From positions 1 through 62,064 of IMG/VR virus record IMGVR_UViG_3300015360_000003: a stretch of DNA of 62,064 nucleotides; one strand, written 5' to 3'. Below the pieces are notes generated by a model, which ran no database searches, was not told where the DNA came from, and worked only from the letters and a program-made list of their open reading frames with translations. Source of the DNA: a virus (taxonomy: Duplodnaviria; Caudoviricetes). The position numbers and the translations under genes were made by a program. This document shows, piece after piece, positions 37,001-44,858 of this stretch (its first letter is position 1; the number at the start of each line of letters is the position of its first letter).

Positions 37001-40000
37001 GGGGAGCAAGAAGGTTCTCAGGTAAAGGCGGCCAGAGAAAAAGTTACCACTGCAAAAGGGGAACAAAAAGCGGCGGCTAGACTAGAACTTACTAAAGCAA
37101 TCAATGAAGAAAAGCTCCGAGGACAAAAAGAAAGAGCTGCTTTAGAGGCCGAGATTAAACTCGCAGAGGAAGCACAGCAAGAAAAGCGAAACATTGCACA
37201 GGAAGAAAAGGCGCGAGAGATCAAGGCTCTTAAAGAGCAGATTGCTCAGGATAAATCAGCGGCGTCTGCATCTAAAAAGGCAGAGGCTTTAGCAAAAAGA
37301 AAACAGGCCAACGAATTACGGGCTGAGAGTAAACGACTACGCGCAGAAAAACAGGCGGCGTTAGTAGAGGCACGTAAAGTACGGGCGGCTGAAAATGTAG
37401 AGCGTAAAAAGGATCTAAAAGAAAAACTAGCCGCTGTTAGGTTAGACCGTACTAAAGCGACCAATGAAGAAAAGCTCCGAGGACAAAAAGAAAGAGCTGC
37501 TTTAGAGGCCGAAATTAAACTCGCAGCGGAAGAACACCAGGAAGAACGAAAGTTCGCACAGGAAGAAAAGGCACGAGAGATCAAGGCTCTTAAAGACCAG
37601 ATTGCTCAGGATAAATCAGCGGCGTCCGCATCTAAAAAGGCAGACGCTTTAGCAAAAAGAAAACAGGCCAACGAATTGCGTGCTGAGAGTAAACGGTTAC
37701 GCGCAGAAAAACAGACTGCGTTAGTAGAGGCACGCAAGGTGCGGGCGACTGACACGGCAGAACGTAAAAAGGCTTTAAAAGAGAAGCTTAGTCTAGCAAA
37801 GGAAGAACGCGCCGCTACGAGACAGATTCGTAAAGAGCAGCTCGCTATAGAAAAAGAAAAAATCAAGGCCGCTAAAGAAGCGTTAAACCAAGACAGAGAG
37901 AGAATAAACACTCGGAAAGAGGCCAACAGACAAATCACTGAAGCTGTAGATAAATATAAAAGCGATTTTGCCGCTAAGCTTACTCCTGAGGAAGTTAAGA
38001 GAATTAGTGATCTTGTCCAGCTGATTAAGACTCAGACTGGGATAACAAGGAAAAATGCGCTAGACGAGCTAGGTCGCACTATTGCCCGTATAAAAGGTAT
38101 CAAGATCCTCCCTGGGGCGGACCCTCTGTCTACGTTCTGGCAAGCAAACGTGCTATCTAGCGTCTCGACCAACACTGCAAATATTGTGGGTAACTTTGTT
38201 ACCCCAGTACGACAGGTCATTATTGATCTAGCTACCGCAAGTCCGAATAAGGCGTATCGCTTTATCAGAGGATGGGCGAGCGCCCTGTTTAGCAAAAGAA
38301 CATTGGCCGACGTGGGCGCAGGGTTTAGAGGAGAGCTGCCTTCTAGATCGACCGAGGAAGTAAATGCAGGTACTTTAAACGATTTAACATCGGGTACATT
38401 TGTTGCCCAGGAACGCGACCCTGTTAGGCTTCTCCAGGCATACTTTGGAAAAGGTTTGTTTGGTAAATTTCTATCCTATCCTGCTGTAACCCTGCGACTC
38501 CTTGGCGCGATGGACGCGGTGTTTTCTCGTGCCAGTAAAGAAGGCAGGATTGCTAGAGATGACACTGCATACGCACAGTACCTGGCCTTAAAAGCATCTG
38601 AGTATAACCAACACGCTACTCAAGCCAGAAACGAGCAGGCACAGTTAGAAAGTCTTGGGGTAGCTACCGCTAAGAATTTTGTGAACATGCGGGCAGACGA
38701 GCTTTCGTATGCTGCGCGTCCTGAAGTACAGAGAAATAAGATTACCCGTGCGTCTAACAAGGACGTGTTTCAAGAGGAGGGCGGTCCACGCGGGCTTATC
38801 GGGAGTGCCGTTGGCAAGGTTCTAAACGCTATAGCCAACGTACCAATATCAGGAGGTAGGTACAAAGACCTCAACGCTAAAAAAACAGTGGCATCAGCCC
38901 TTGGTTTTGCCAACAAGACGGCACGAGACAATGTAAGTATAGACGAGATCTACCCTCTAGTAGTGCAGGGGCTGGCGCAAGGTAAGACCCTGGTAATTAA
39001 CGGAGCTGAAATCACCGGCGGTAACACCAAACAACTATTAGGATCTCTGCTTCAAGCAGTGACGAATAAACAAGTCATTAGTTTAAAGGGAGACTCAATC
39101 CGCCCTTTCAAATACGCCGTAGGAATGTTCGTTAATACAGGTTCTCAGATTCTTGACATAAGTATAGAGACTTTGCCAGGCATCGGTTTTCTAGATAAAC
39201 GATTAGGGGGCAAGTGGCGAGAGTACACAGCGGATGAAAAAGCGGAGCTGTACGGAACACAGGTAGCTTCTACTATCTTAACAGGTTCTTTATTAGCAAC
39301 ATTCCTGCCGAATATGGACGATGAGGACAGCGCATACTTCTACGTGTACGGCGGGATGCGAGACGAAAAACTTAGAAAAAGCTACGAGGCAAAAGGCATC
39401 CGTCCGTTCTCTTTCAGAGTCGGGAAAACAGTAATCTCTTACAAAGACATCCCAGGAATAAACCTCATACTTGGCGGTATCGGGGACTTATCCGATACGC
39501 ACATGGTGGCAAAACGTACTCCTGATCGCCCTATAACAGTCGGATCATCCATGCAGGCCGTAGCGGTGGGGGCGATGTATGCCGCTACTCAGCTTAGTCT
39601 TCTTAAGAACATAGGTACGATGGCCGACCTGCTGGCTTTACAAGATACGCAGTCAGCTACGTCTGCTCTAGATGTATTGAGTAACATTGCGAGTGGCTAC
39701 GTTCCGTGGGCCGGGGCAGGAAGAGAACTAGAACGCTTCGCGTATGGCGATCTTTCACGCCCTAAAAATATTACCAACCGAATGATTCAAGGTATACCCT
39801 TTGCCAAATTCGTAAGTGATAACAAGCCTGCTCTTAATATGTTCGGGGAAGAGCTTCGCCCCCATGTGTACCCTGGTATCAGTCGGTTTGTAGGGGAGTC
39901 TACTAATTCGTATGAATTAGATTGGGTACTTCGCAACGGGTATTCTGTATCACTCCCCAAGGCGGGGAACGCGCTTACTAAGAAGCAACTTGAGGGCTAT

Positions 40001-40222
40001 ACGCAGATGCAGGAGTCGGAAGACCCTGACAATTTTGAGCCGTATCTCACTGAAGACGATCAGCGGGCGTACATATTGGCAGTGGGGCCGGAGCTAAAAA
40101 ATATTCTGGGCGACTTTGCTAACAGTGATCCGCAAGGCTACGATGAAAAGGTTCAGCGCAAGCTGAATGATAAAGTTAAAAAGATGAAAGCCCGATTCAA
40201 GAAACAGATATTGAATCAATAG
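33998..40222 (+). CDS. Very large internal virion/DNA ejection protein (2074 aa)
   Basis: EGTQEF..SFAAGAIVGG motif, coiled-coil core, last gene of the structural operon. Confidence 0.7.
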   Translation: MADDQEDLYTGEASLADQYTANTGEASLADQYTSNTGEASLADQYTSNTGEASLADQYTSNTGEAFVSSAPDPVDEIKESAESFIGEAEAVLAVSNNADDGIFDLVDAYKSRTWDNPGKALQIVETYANKLREKNPGEQNLLTAEETLNIAPVKTGDVDGYIQSWEAQNLAKIKNSNDPLVRAYNDTLAGAIEQVATGAIQANNNEEVSVFSDKMARITLGALPGLAKLTGTEKYLERSLRADSNDTLASAVSSGVGSILSLPLAVLNLPLNAEEFGREQYNKSRAAGADVGTALFSGGIEGVNQAADVLLDKVLLGTKARKSAGFVATGLKKALGEGTQEFAQDKVSDAASVVGLSKNELDAVFTDSAAMSFAAGAIVGGGAQVVMPNAARPSPSTPDTGLSEMFSGIEQDQDLVIPFPETAPMRSVAVVGEPAYGGTNFTLVEDASTGDVDVKESAAPIAESDADEVFILAPDGTITRVVQGEQKQAHTGAVFVSPENAQKIAALQASEPGGEPVIIKQDDLGRPYVEHPNVGNDLEVHDDIVDNDPVLIPEETAGHVLQFSERQNELDSVEHSATVSNGTANTVSTVGAQKVAESSIADKLRASNNLNPVVRDLLGLNDDFATNLTYLPNSNVGTRGQVDETFAQFDNNYVLFANDLLAKDYDDLTSIEGVAAAIAGTALSAKGNSVRATDPVAAAKYDTLAVNLWIASQKVGTPAGQELQQRTQIPMTGENIIVSVKSDVSAMATAKVAQQTGRSIQSIEGIIEENTQLDNLSTGLNERETIITETARVAEERHDAPDKQVADIEKEIQTLENDASPEVTAAQKDLNTVEQRVAEVERSAAALEKEADDIDIDTAQEGVSDNVQTLSKKVEELQAKPIDVDRSKLDALKAKRVKSEDQSSDPDTQAAAIEKEIQTLENDASPEVTAAQEDLNTVENRVVEVERSAAALEKEADDIDTVQEEVSDNVKTLSKKVEDLQAKPIEVDSSKLDALKVRRTRGEQEGSQVKAAREKVTTAKGEQKAAARLELTKAINEEKLRGQKERAALEAEIKLAEEAQQEKRNIAQEEKAREIKALKEQIAQDKSAASASKKAEALAKRKQANELRAESKRLRAEKQAALVEARKVRAAENVERKKDLKEKLAAVRLDRTKATNEEKLRGQKERAALEAEIKLAAEEHQEERKFAQEEKAREIKALKDQIAQDKSAASASKKADALAKRKQANELRAESKRLRAEKQTALVEARKVRATDTAERKKALKEKLSLAKEERAATRQIRKEQLAIEKEKIKAAKEALNQDRERINTRKEANRQITEAVDKYKSDFAAKLTPEEVKRISDLVQLIKTQTGITRKNALDELGRTIARIKGIKILPGADPLSTFWQANVLSSVSTNTANIVGNFVTPVRQVIIDLATASPNKAYRFIRGWASALFSKRTLADVGAGFRGELPSRSTEEVNAGTLNDLTSGTFVAQERDPVRLLQAYFGKGLFGKFLSYPAVTLRLLGAMDAVFSRASKEGRIARDDTAYAQYLALKASEYNQHATQARNEQAQLESLGVATAKNFVNMRADELSYAARPEVQRNKITRASNKDVFQEEGGPRGLIGSAVGKVLNAIANVPISGGRYKDLNAKKTVASALGFANKTARDNVSIDEIYPLVVQGLAQGKTLVINGAEITGGNTKQLLGSLLQAVTNKQVISLKGDSIRPFKYAVGMFVNTGSQILDISIETLPGIGFLDKRLGGKWREYTADEKAELYGTQVASTILTGSLLATFLPNMDDEDSAYFYVYGGMRDEKLRKSYEAKGIRPFSFRVGKTVISYKDIPGINLILGGIGDLSDTHMVAKRTPDRPITVGSSMQAVAVGAMYAATQLSLLKNIGTMADLLALQDTQSATSALDVLSNIASGYVPWAGAGRELERFAYGDLSRPKNITNRMIQGIPFAKFVSDNKPALNMFGEELRPHVYPGISRFVGESTNSYELDWVLRNGYSVSLPKAGNALTKKQLEGYTQMQESEDPDNFEPYLTEDDQRAYILAVGPELKNILGDFANSDPQGYDEKVQRKLNDKVKKMKARFKKQILNQ
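34022..34192 (+). repeat. 39-bp intragenic tandem repeat x4
   Basis: Encodes TGEASLADQYT(A/S)N. Confidence 0.92.
36418..37750 (+). repeat. Two intragenic duplications (periods 315 and 360 bp)
   Basis: 36418 vs 36733 (IEKEIQTLENDASPEV..); 37091 vs 37451 (TKA.NEEKLRGQKERAALEAEIK..). Confidence 0.9.
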
Positions 40223-40601
40223 ATTGATCGGTGATCAGCCCCTCTACTTTTTTCACCGCATCAGAACTGTTGTACCCAAACGCTTTATTGTATACGTGTT
40301 TAAAACATGTACAGGGAGCAATGCACCCCGATAGTTGTGATACAATATTTGCGCTGTGTATCCTTATCCCGGTTCTTTTGGGAACGCTTAAAAGCTCGTA
40401 GGTATATTTTTTAAACGAGGGGGAGTGTGTGTACTTTAGTCTGTACACCCCTGTGGGTATACACGAGATAAAAGGGCCGTTATCTACCCAGGGAAGTTCT
40501 ATAGTATAGCAAACGATTTCGTTATTATAGATAAGTACTCCGGGTGTTACCCCTAGTAACTCTGGATGCCGAATTAGTTTTAATACCTGTTTATCGGGCA
40601 C
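40197..40601 (-). CDS. DUF5675-type putative endolysin (L,D-transpeptidase-like fold)
   Basis: CYTIELPW.DN..SCIPTG.Y..VPKRTGIRIHSAN..L.GCI. Confidence 0.75.
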   Translation of the reverse strand: MPDKQVLKLIRHPELLGVTPGVLIYNNEIVCYTIELPWVDNGPFISCIPTGVYRLKYTHSPSFKKYTYELLSVPKRTGIRIHSANIVSQLSGCIAPCTCFKHVYNKAFGYNSSDAVKKVEGLITDQSIDSISVS

Positions 40602-40893
40602 TGCGGTACCTCTTACTACGTGTTGAGATATTACTACTTTCTCCTGCGAACATCTTTGATATCGAGCGTGTCCACAACGCCGGCAAGTCGCAGATTTCTT
40701 TTATGTCGTCGTAGCTGTAGCCGTCAGGGAAAACACATCCTGGCGTAGTAAACCAAATAGTAGCGATCTGTTTTTTTCTTATGTCCTCTTCTAGATCGCG
40801 AAGTGCTCTTGCGAATACTGCTAAGGCTAACCTGCGCTCCGGTATTATTTCCGAGGTGCTCTCTATGGCCCGTGCTAATGAAGATAGGTTCAT
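40591..40893 (-). CDS. Hypothetical phage protein
   Basis: PERRLALAVFARALRDL..WF motif. Confidence 0.75.
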   Translation of the reverse strand: MNLSSLARAIESTSEIIPERRLALAVFARALRDLEEDIRKKQIATIWFTTPGCVFPDGYSYDDIKEICDLPALWTRSISKMFAGESSNISTRSKRYRSAR

Positions 40894-40899
40894 AGGGGT

Positions 40900-41448
40900 T
40901 TAGATGCTGTCTGCGTTACACTCTGTTGTACCAAGTTTGTACAATTCATCCGATTCGTGCAGGAGTCTAAGGTACCGTGCGATGTTAACGGCGTCAGTTA
41001 CATCGTGCGATGGGAAGCGGACTTTAGGAAAGGCGACCGTCGCCGCTCGAAAGCTCTCCATCTTGATCGTATCCTTATGGAGCTTCTTAGCCTTACGTGC
41101 ATCAGAGATTGGCAGGCCCTTGACGATAGGGCGCACTGGCATATCTACCGTGTTTTTCTGCCAGTCCACCGTCTTAATGTGGCCGTAGACAATCCCTAAA
41201 TACTGCAGCACCCCGTCCCAAAAGCCCCACCGTGCCCCCAGGGAGAACGTCGCGGCAGCCGACACTCCCCATATCGCATGTAGCGATTCAACCCCTACAA
41301 TGTATTTTGTAGGGCATAGCTTAGTCAGGGAGAGAAGCAGATCAAAAGCGTCCTTACTGTTGTTCGCAGTCAGGACAGTCTCTTTCCCTGTGATAAGGGC
41401 AATACCTGGTTTATCCCCTGGGTCGATCCCGCAGTAGTAGAAGGTCAT
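40900..41448 (-). CDS. ruvC: RuvC-like Holliday junction resolvase
   Basis: GIDPG, VE, SAAATFSLG..G, WQK, DVTDAV. Confidence 0.85.
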   Translation of the reverse strand: MTFYYCGIDPGDKPGIALITGKETVLTANNSKDAFDLLLSLTKLCPTKYIVGVESLHAIWGVSAAATFSLGARWGFWDGVLQYLGIVYGHIKTVDWQKNTVDMPVRPIVKGLPISDARKAKKLHKDTIKMESFRAATVAFPKVRFPSHDVTDAVNIARYLRLLHESDELYKLGTTECNADSI

Positions 41449-41723
41449 TCCTCTTCCACATAAAGAACCGAGGACATGTCACAACAGTAAATGTCTACTG
41501 TGTTCTCAATCCTGATCGCTGTTTTGGATAGGTATACGATCACGTCTCCGGCACTAAAGGCGGTGGTAAATTCTCGGCCCCCGTCTATATAGCGATCAAC
41601 TGCAGAGATAACGCGACCGCGCTCTGTGGACGCTTCTTTTGGACTGGCTAAAAATAAACCTCCCGCTGTTTTCTTTTCAGTCGGGAGTTTTTGCACCAAT
41701 ACCTTAGACCCTACGGCTCTCAT
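41445..41723 (-). CDS. groES: GroES-like co-chaperonin
   Basis: KVLV..EKKTAGGLFL..GRVISA..GDVIVY. Confidence 0.85.
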   Translation of the reverse strand: MRAVGSKVLVQKLPTEKKTAGGLFLASPKEASTERGRVISAVDRYIDGGREFTTAFSAGDVIVYLSKTAIRIENTVDIYCCDMSSVLYVEEE

Positions 41724-41926
41724 TTCGCGACCTGCTGCGGCGGGATCTTGTTCTCACCAAACGACTCGCGGGTATCTCTAAATACGTACGTGGTCCCATC
41801 AGGGTTCATACTGATGCTGTACCCAAGGGAAGCAATCCTTTGTCCTACTGAGCTAAACGAAGCGTATGCTTTTTCAAGTTCTTCTTTTAGGTCTACGATC
41901 TCTACCTTAATGCTTTTCTTTTTCAT
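41720..41926 (-). CDS. Hypothetical protein
   Basis: ATGA overlaps on both sides. Confidence 0.7.
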   Translation of the reverse strand: MKKKSIKVEIVDLKEELEKAYASFSSVGQRIASLGYSISMNPDGTTYVFRDTRESFGENKIPPQQVAK

Positions 41927-43062
41927 TGTCTGAATCCTGGATTAACCGTTCCAATTTTATTGTTACCTGCCCACACTTCAAGCACGGAAACACCTGCAAT
42001 CTGTGTAATGCGGAAACCATACACACCGAAGTAGTATCGTCTCCTACCGTCCGCAAACGGCTGTGAATCCTCGCTCTCGATGATCTTCTTACCGGCTGCC
42101 CGAAGCTCGATACGCCTAGCAGAAATCGGGAAAATAAAAACAGGCTTTAACGCACGCGACTCTGGCGGGACCGTATGCTGGTCCGACTTCGGCTTCACGA
42201 GGTACCTGCTATTTGGCAGGCGCACGTCCCCTTGAAAGGTGGATAGAAACGCTTCTGCCTTTAAAAGATTCTGGGTAGGCCATGCCCGTCTCTTCGGTCG
42301 TGGTGTCGCATCATTTCGGTTGAACCGTCCGTTATTCTGCGATGTCCAGAAAAAGAAGAGGGCCGCATCTTTGAACCGCTGCTTGAGCGTCTCAGTATTG
42401 TAATCAAAACAGTCGGAGCCATCGTAGTTAAAAACATACTTCCCGCCGATGTTCGGAGGCCGTGCGTCTGCACCGTGGACCTCGTTCCAGATACGAGAAT
42501 TCGGTTTAATGAAAGCTCCCTTCCCTACCCATGGATTATTTATATACACGCAGCGTTCTGGAATTACAGCGAGCACTAGGTTTGCTAGGTCCGTTGCGTC
42601 GGTAACCTTTAGCTGGTGCTCAGTCATGCCGGAAAAACCACATCCGACGTTCGGGTACTTTGCTGCTAGTTTCGCGTACTTCCTCGCTTCGGTGACAATA
42701 GCAGGGAAGTCCCTTCGCGATACGCTATGTGTGTCCGACCAGCGGAGGTTATAAATCTGAAACGGGACTTTCCCGGTGCCGAGCAGAGCGTCGATTGAGC
42801 TGTAGGCATCCCCGAAAGTGTTTGTAAATTGTGAGTTCGCAAACCCCGGAGGATGCGCCTTCACCATTATCGCTTTGTATTTCGCGCCCCCCAGATTCGC
42901 GATACCCCACAACGGAGTCGGTACGGCTACACGAATCAGCGGCAGCGTACTCTCCTGGTCTTTGGGCGGTATGTTCTCGCCCAGGTCTGGAGGTAGTGGT
43001 GCCTTAGACGTGCAGGATACTAAGAGGAGAAAGAGAAGGCTTTTTTTCCAGTGGCTACACAT
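41923..43062 (-). CDS. Putative lipoprotein
   Basis: KKSLLFLLLVSC lipobox-like signal and Pro-rich linker. Confidence 0.7.
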   Translation of the reverse strand: MCSHWKKSLLFLLLVSCTSKAPLPPDLGENIPPKDQESTLPLIRVAVPTPLWGIANLGGAKYKAIMVKAHPPGFANSQFTNTFGDAYSSIDALLGTGKVPFQIYNLRWSDTHSVSRRDFPAIVTEARKYAKLAAKYPNVGCGFSGMTEHQLKVTDATDLANLVLAVIPERCVYINNPWVGKGAFIKPNSRIWNEVHGADARPPNIGGKYVFNYDGSDCFDYNTETLKQRFKDAALFFFWTSQNNGRFNRNDATPRPKRRAWPTQNLLKAEAFLSTFQGDVRLPNSRYLVKPKSDQHTVPPESRALKPVFIFPISARRIELRAAGKKIIESEDSQPFADGRRRYYFGVYGFRITQIAGVSVLEVWAGNNKIGTVNPGFRQ

Positions 43063-43685
43063 GCTTCACCTTGCTGCTTTAAAAGAGTTGAGAGATCGTC
43101 GTAGGAAATAATACATTTTCCATCCACCCCCCAGGTCTTACCCCAGCTGTTGTGTAGCTCTATGTACTTATCGTTAACGTCCACACCTGTCGCGAGCAGG
43201 GCGTGTCCGCCGACAAGAGCGCCGGTAGGTTTAATGAAGCCGTAGTCTGTCGGCTTAAACATATCGCTGTACCAGTTAATCCCAAGTGTCACGGGACCCA
43301 CCTGCCCAAGCGCTATGATTAAATCATCAAGTCCGAACGCCCAATGATAAGACTGTATCGCGTTGGGGTACTGTCTGCGGACGGCTTTAATACCTGCTAA
43401 AACCGACGTGCCTTCGTACTCAGTACCAGGGATGGCATCTAGGCGCTGTGCTAATTGGTATGTAGCGACCGCTTCTTTCTCCGTAAGCCCCGTGGATGCT
43501 TCAGGGTCTGCTAGCAGGAAGTGGGTCCAAGAAAAACCGACGCAGGCCGATAGTAAACCCTGGTCTAGATAGGTGCTGCAGTCCCAAAACTTTGTAACAG
43601 GAAACGGGGAACCGACCAGATTTCGTACTGAGAACGACCGGCTATGGTTGTCGAACTTTGGTATACGGCCAAGTTTAAGTGCCAT
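43020..43685 (-). CDS. Papain-like (C1) cysteine peptidase
   Basis: DQG..SACVGFS, GGHA, NSWG..WG catalytic motifs. Confidence 0.88.
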   Translation of the reverse strand: MALKLGRIPKFDNHSRSFSVRNLVGSPFPVTKFWDCSTYLDQGLLSACVGFSWTHFLLADPEASTGLTEKEAVATYQLAQRLDAIPGTEYEGTSVLAGIKAVRRQYPNAIQSYHWAFGLDDLIIALGQVGPVTLGINWYSDMFKPTDYGFIKPTGALVGGHALLATGVDVNDKYIELHNSWGKTWGVDGKCIISYDDLSTLLKQQGEACVATGKKAFSFSS

Positions 43686-43698
43686 GTGTGCCCTATTT

Positions 43699-43730
43699 AA
43701 AAAGGGAGAAGCTAAACAAGCCTTCTCCCT
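43699..43730 (-). terminator. Rho-independent terminator
   Basis: Minus strand AGGGAGAAG-gcttgtttag-CTTCTCCCT-TTT. Confidence 0.7.
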
Positions 43731-43736
43731 CCCCTA

Positions 43737-43985
43737 CTACTCAGACTTTAGCGAACTATCCGTCTCTTCGGGCTGCGCCGACTCTTCGGCCTGCAGCTTC
43801 GCTGCGTACTGCGCCTCCTCTTCGGCCTGCAGCTTCGCTGCGTACTGCGCCTCCTCTTCGGCCTGCAGCTTCGCGGCGTACTGCGCCTCCTCTTCGGTCT
43901 GCTCCTGATCGGTACGGAGGAGGTGCAACGTCTTAACTTCTACAAGCTCGGCAGTGTCGCTCTCTTTTACTTGGTCATCGTTCAT
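43737..43985 (-). CDS. Acidic hypothetical protein with a 12-aa repeat
   Basis: EEEAQYAAKLQA x3 (36-bp repeat, ~43782-43895). Confidence 0.75.
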   Translation of the reverse strand: MNDDQVKESDTAELVEVKTLHLLRTDQEQTEEEAQYAAKLQAEEEAQYAAKLQAEEEAQYAAKLQAEESAQPEETDSSLKSE

Positions 43986-43986
43986 G

Positions 43987-44382
43987 TCAGTCCTTTATAT
44001 GTTTATCTAGTAGGCGAATAAATTTCACAGGGTCTTTGATATGCACACCTTTGATTATGTATCGCTTATCTTCTTCATTGAAAAATTCACTCAGTCCGAG
44101 GATACCACTATACACAGGGGTATTTTTACCCCCTTTGTAGGCAGTCAAAAACGACTCGTAATCTAATAGCTCAGGGGCTACGGCATGTTTACGCGCCAGG
44201 TACCCGACGTATTTTGCAGGTAGTGGACGGCTGCCGGTAAGGAAGTTTCCCATTGCCGCCGCAGAAAACCCAAGGTCAGCCGCCATAGCTGCCAAGGTGC
44301 CGTACGATTTCTTAGCGAGGAGGTACAGCGCCCGCCCTTCGGCTCGCTTGTACGAGGATTTATAAATGCCTTCATCAATCAT
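43987..44382 (-). CDS. XRE-like HTH DNA-binding protein
   Basis: TLAAMAADLGFSAAAMGNFLTGSRPLP. Confidence 0.7.
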   Translation of the reverse strand: MIDEGIYKSSYKRAEGRALYLLAKKSYGTLAAMAADLGFSAAAMGNFLTGSRPLPAKYVGYLARKHAVAPELLDYESFLTAYKGGKNTPVYSGILGLSEFFNEEDKRYIIKGVHIKDPVKFIRLLDKHIKD

Positions 44383-44385
44383 GGT

Positions 44386-44643
44386 TTACTCTGGTAATAT
44401 AAGAGGTGATTCAGGTTTCGTCATCTCTCTAATTTTTGATGCTTGTTTGTCGTTTAAGCTTATGAGTTTTAAAAGCTCGGTCTTAAGGCCGTTCACCCAT
44501 TCTGAATAACCCTGGATAACGTCTAAGCAGTTCCCAATAATAAAACGGGCGAGGTCTTGATCCTCTGGGAGCTTTGAAAAATCATCTTGAATCTTATTGA
44601 TTGTCCCCATCAAACTTGCCTGGGTCATTATTGGGTCGTTCAA
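44386..44643 (-). CDS. Hypothetical protein
   Basis: Coupled ORF. Confidence 0.65.
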   Translation of the reverse strand: MNDPIMTQASLMGTINKIQDDFSKLPEDQDLARFIIGNCLDVIQGYSEWVNGLKTELLKLISLNDKQASKIREMTKPESPLILPE

Positions 44644-44858
44644 TTTAGTAACTCCTTTGTGTACGCGTTAAGTTCTTCCAACATCTGATCTAGTACTCTG
44701 CATCCTTCATCCTCTGAAAGAGCGGTGAGTGATGTATTCACACTGAGCATGTGTGCTACCCCACAATAGAAATACTTACGACACTCTGCTCTCTGAATAG
44801 CTGATGCTGTGTTTGGTATAGCTAGAGCCTCTAATAACTTCCACGCTTTCTCTATCAT
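44640..44858 (-). CDS. Hypothetical phage protein
   Basis: Q..E.RK.FY.G motif; ATGA-coupled to polA. Confidence 0.7.
   Translation of the reverse strand: MIEKAWKLLEALAIPNTASAIQRAECRKYFYCGVAHMLSVNTSLTALSEDEGCRVLDQMLEELNAYTKELLN

Noticed and set aside
34477-38295. Antisense ORFs inside the giant virion gene
   Set aside because: Shadows of a low-complexity coiled-coil coding strand with no independent signals
33998-40222. Tape measure protein
   Set aside because: No tail tube, sheath or assembly chaperone genes recognised; context fits podovirus ejection proteins
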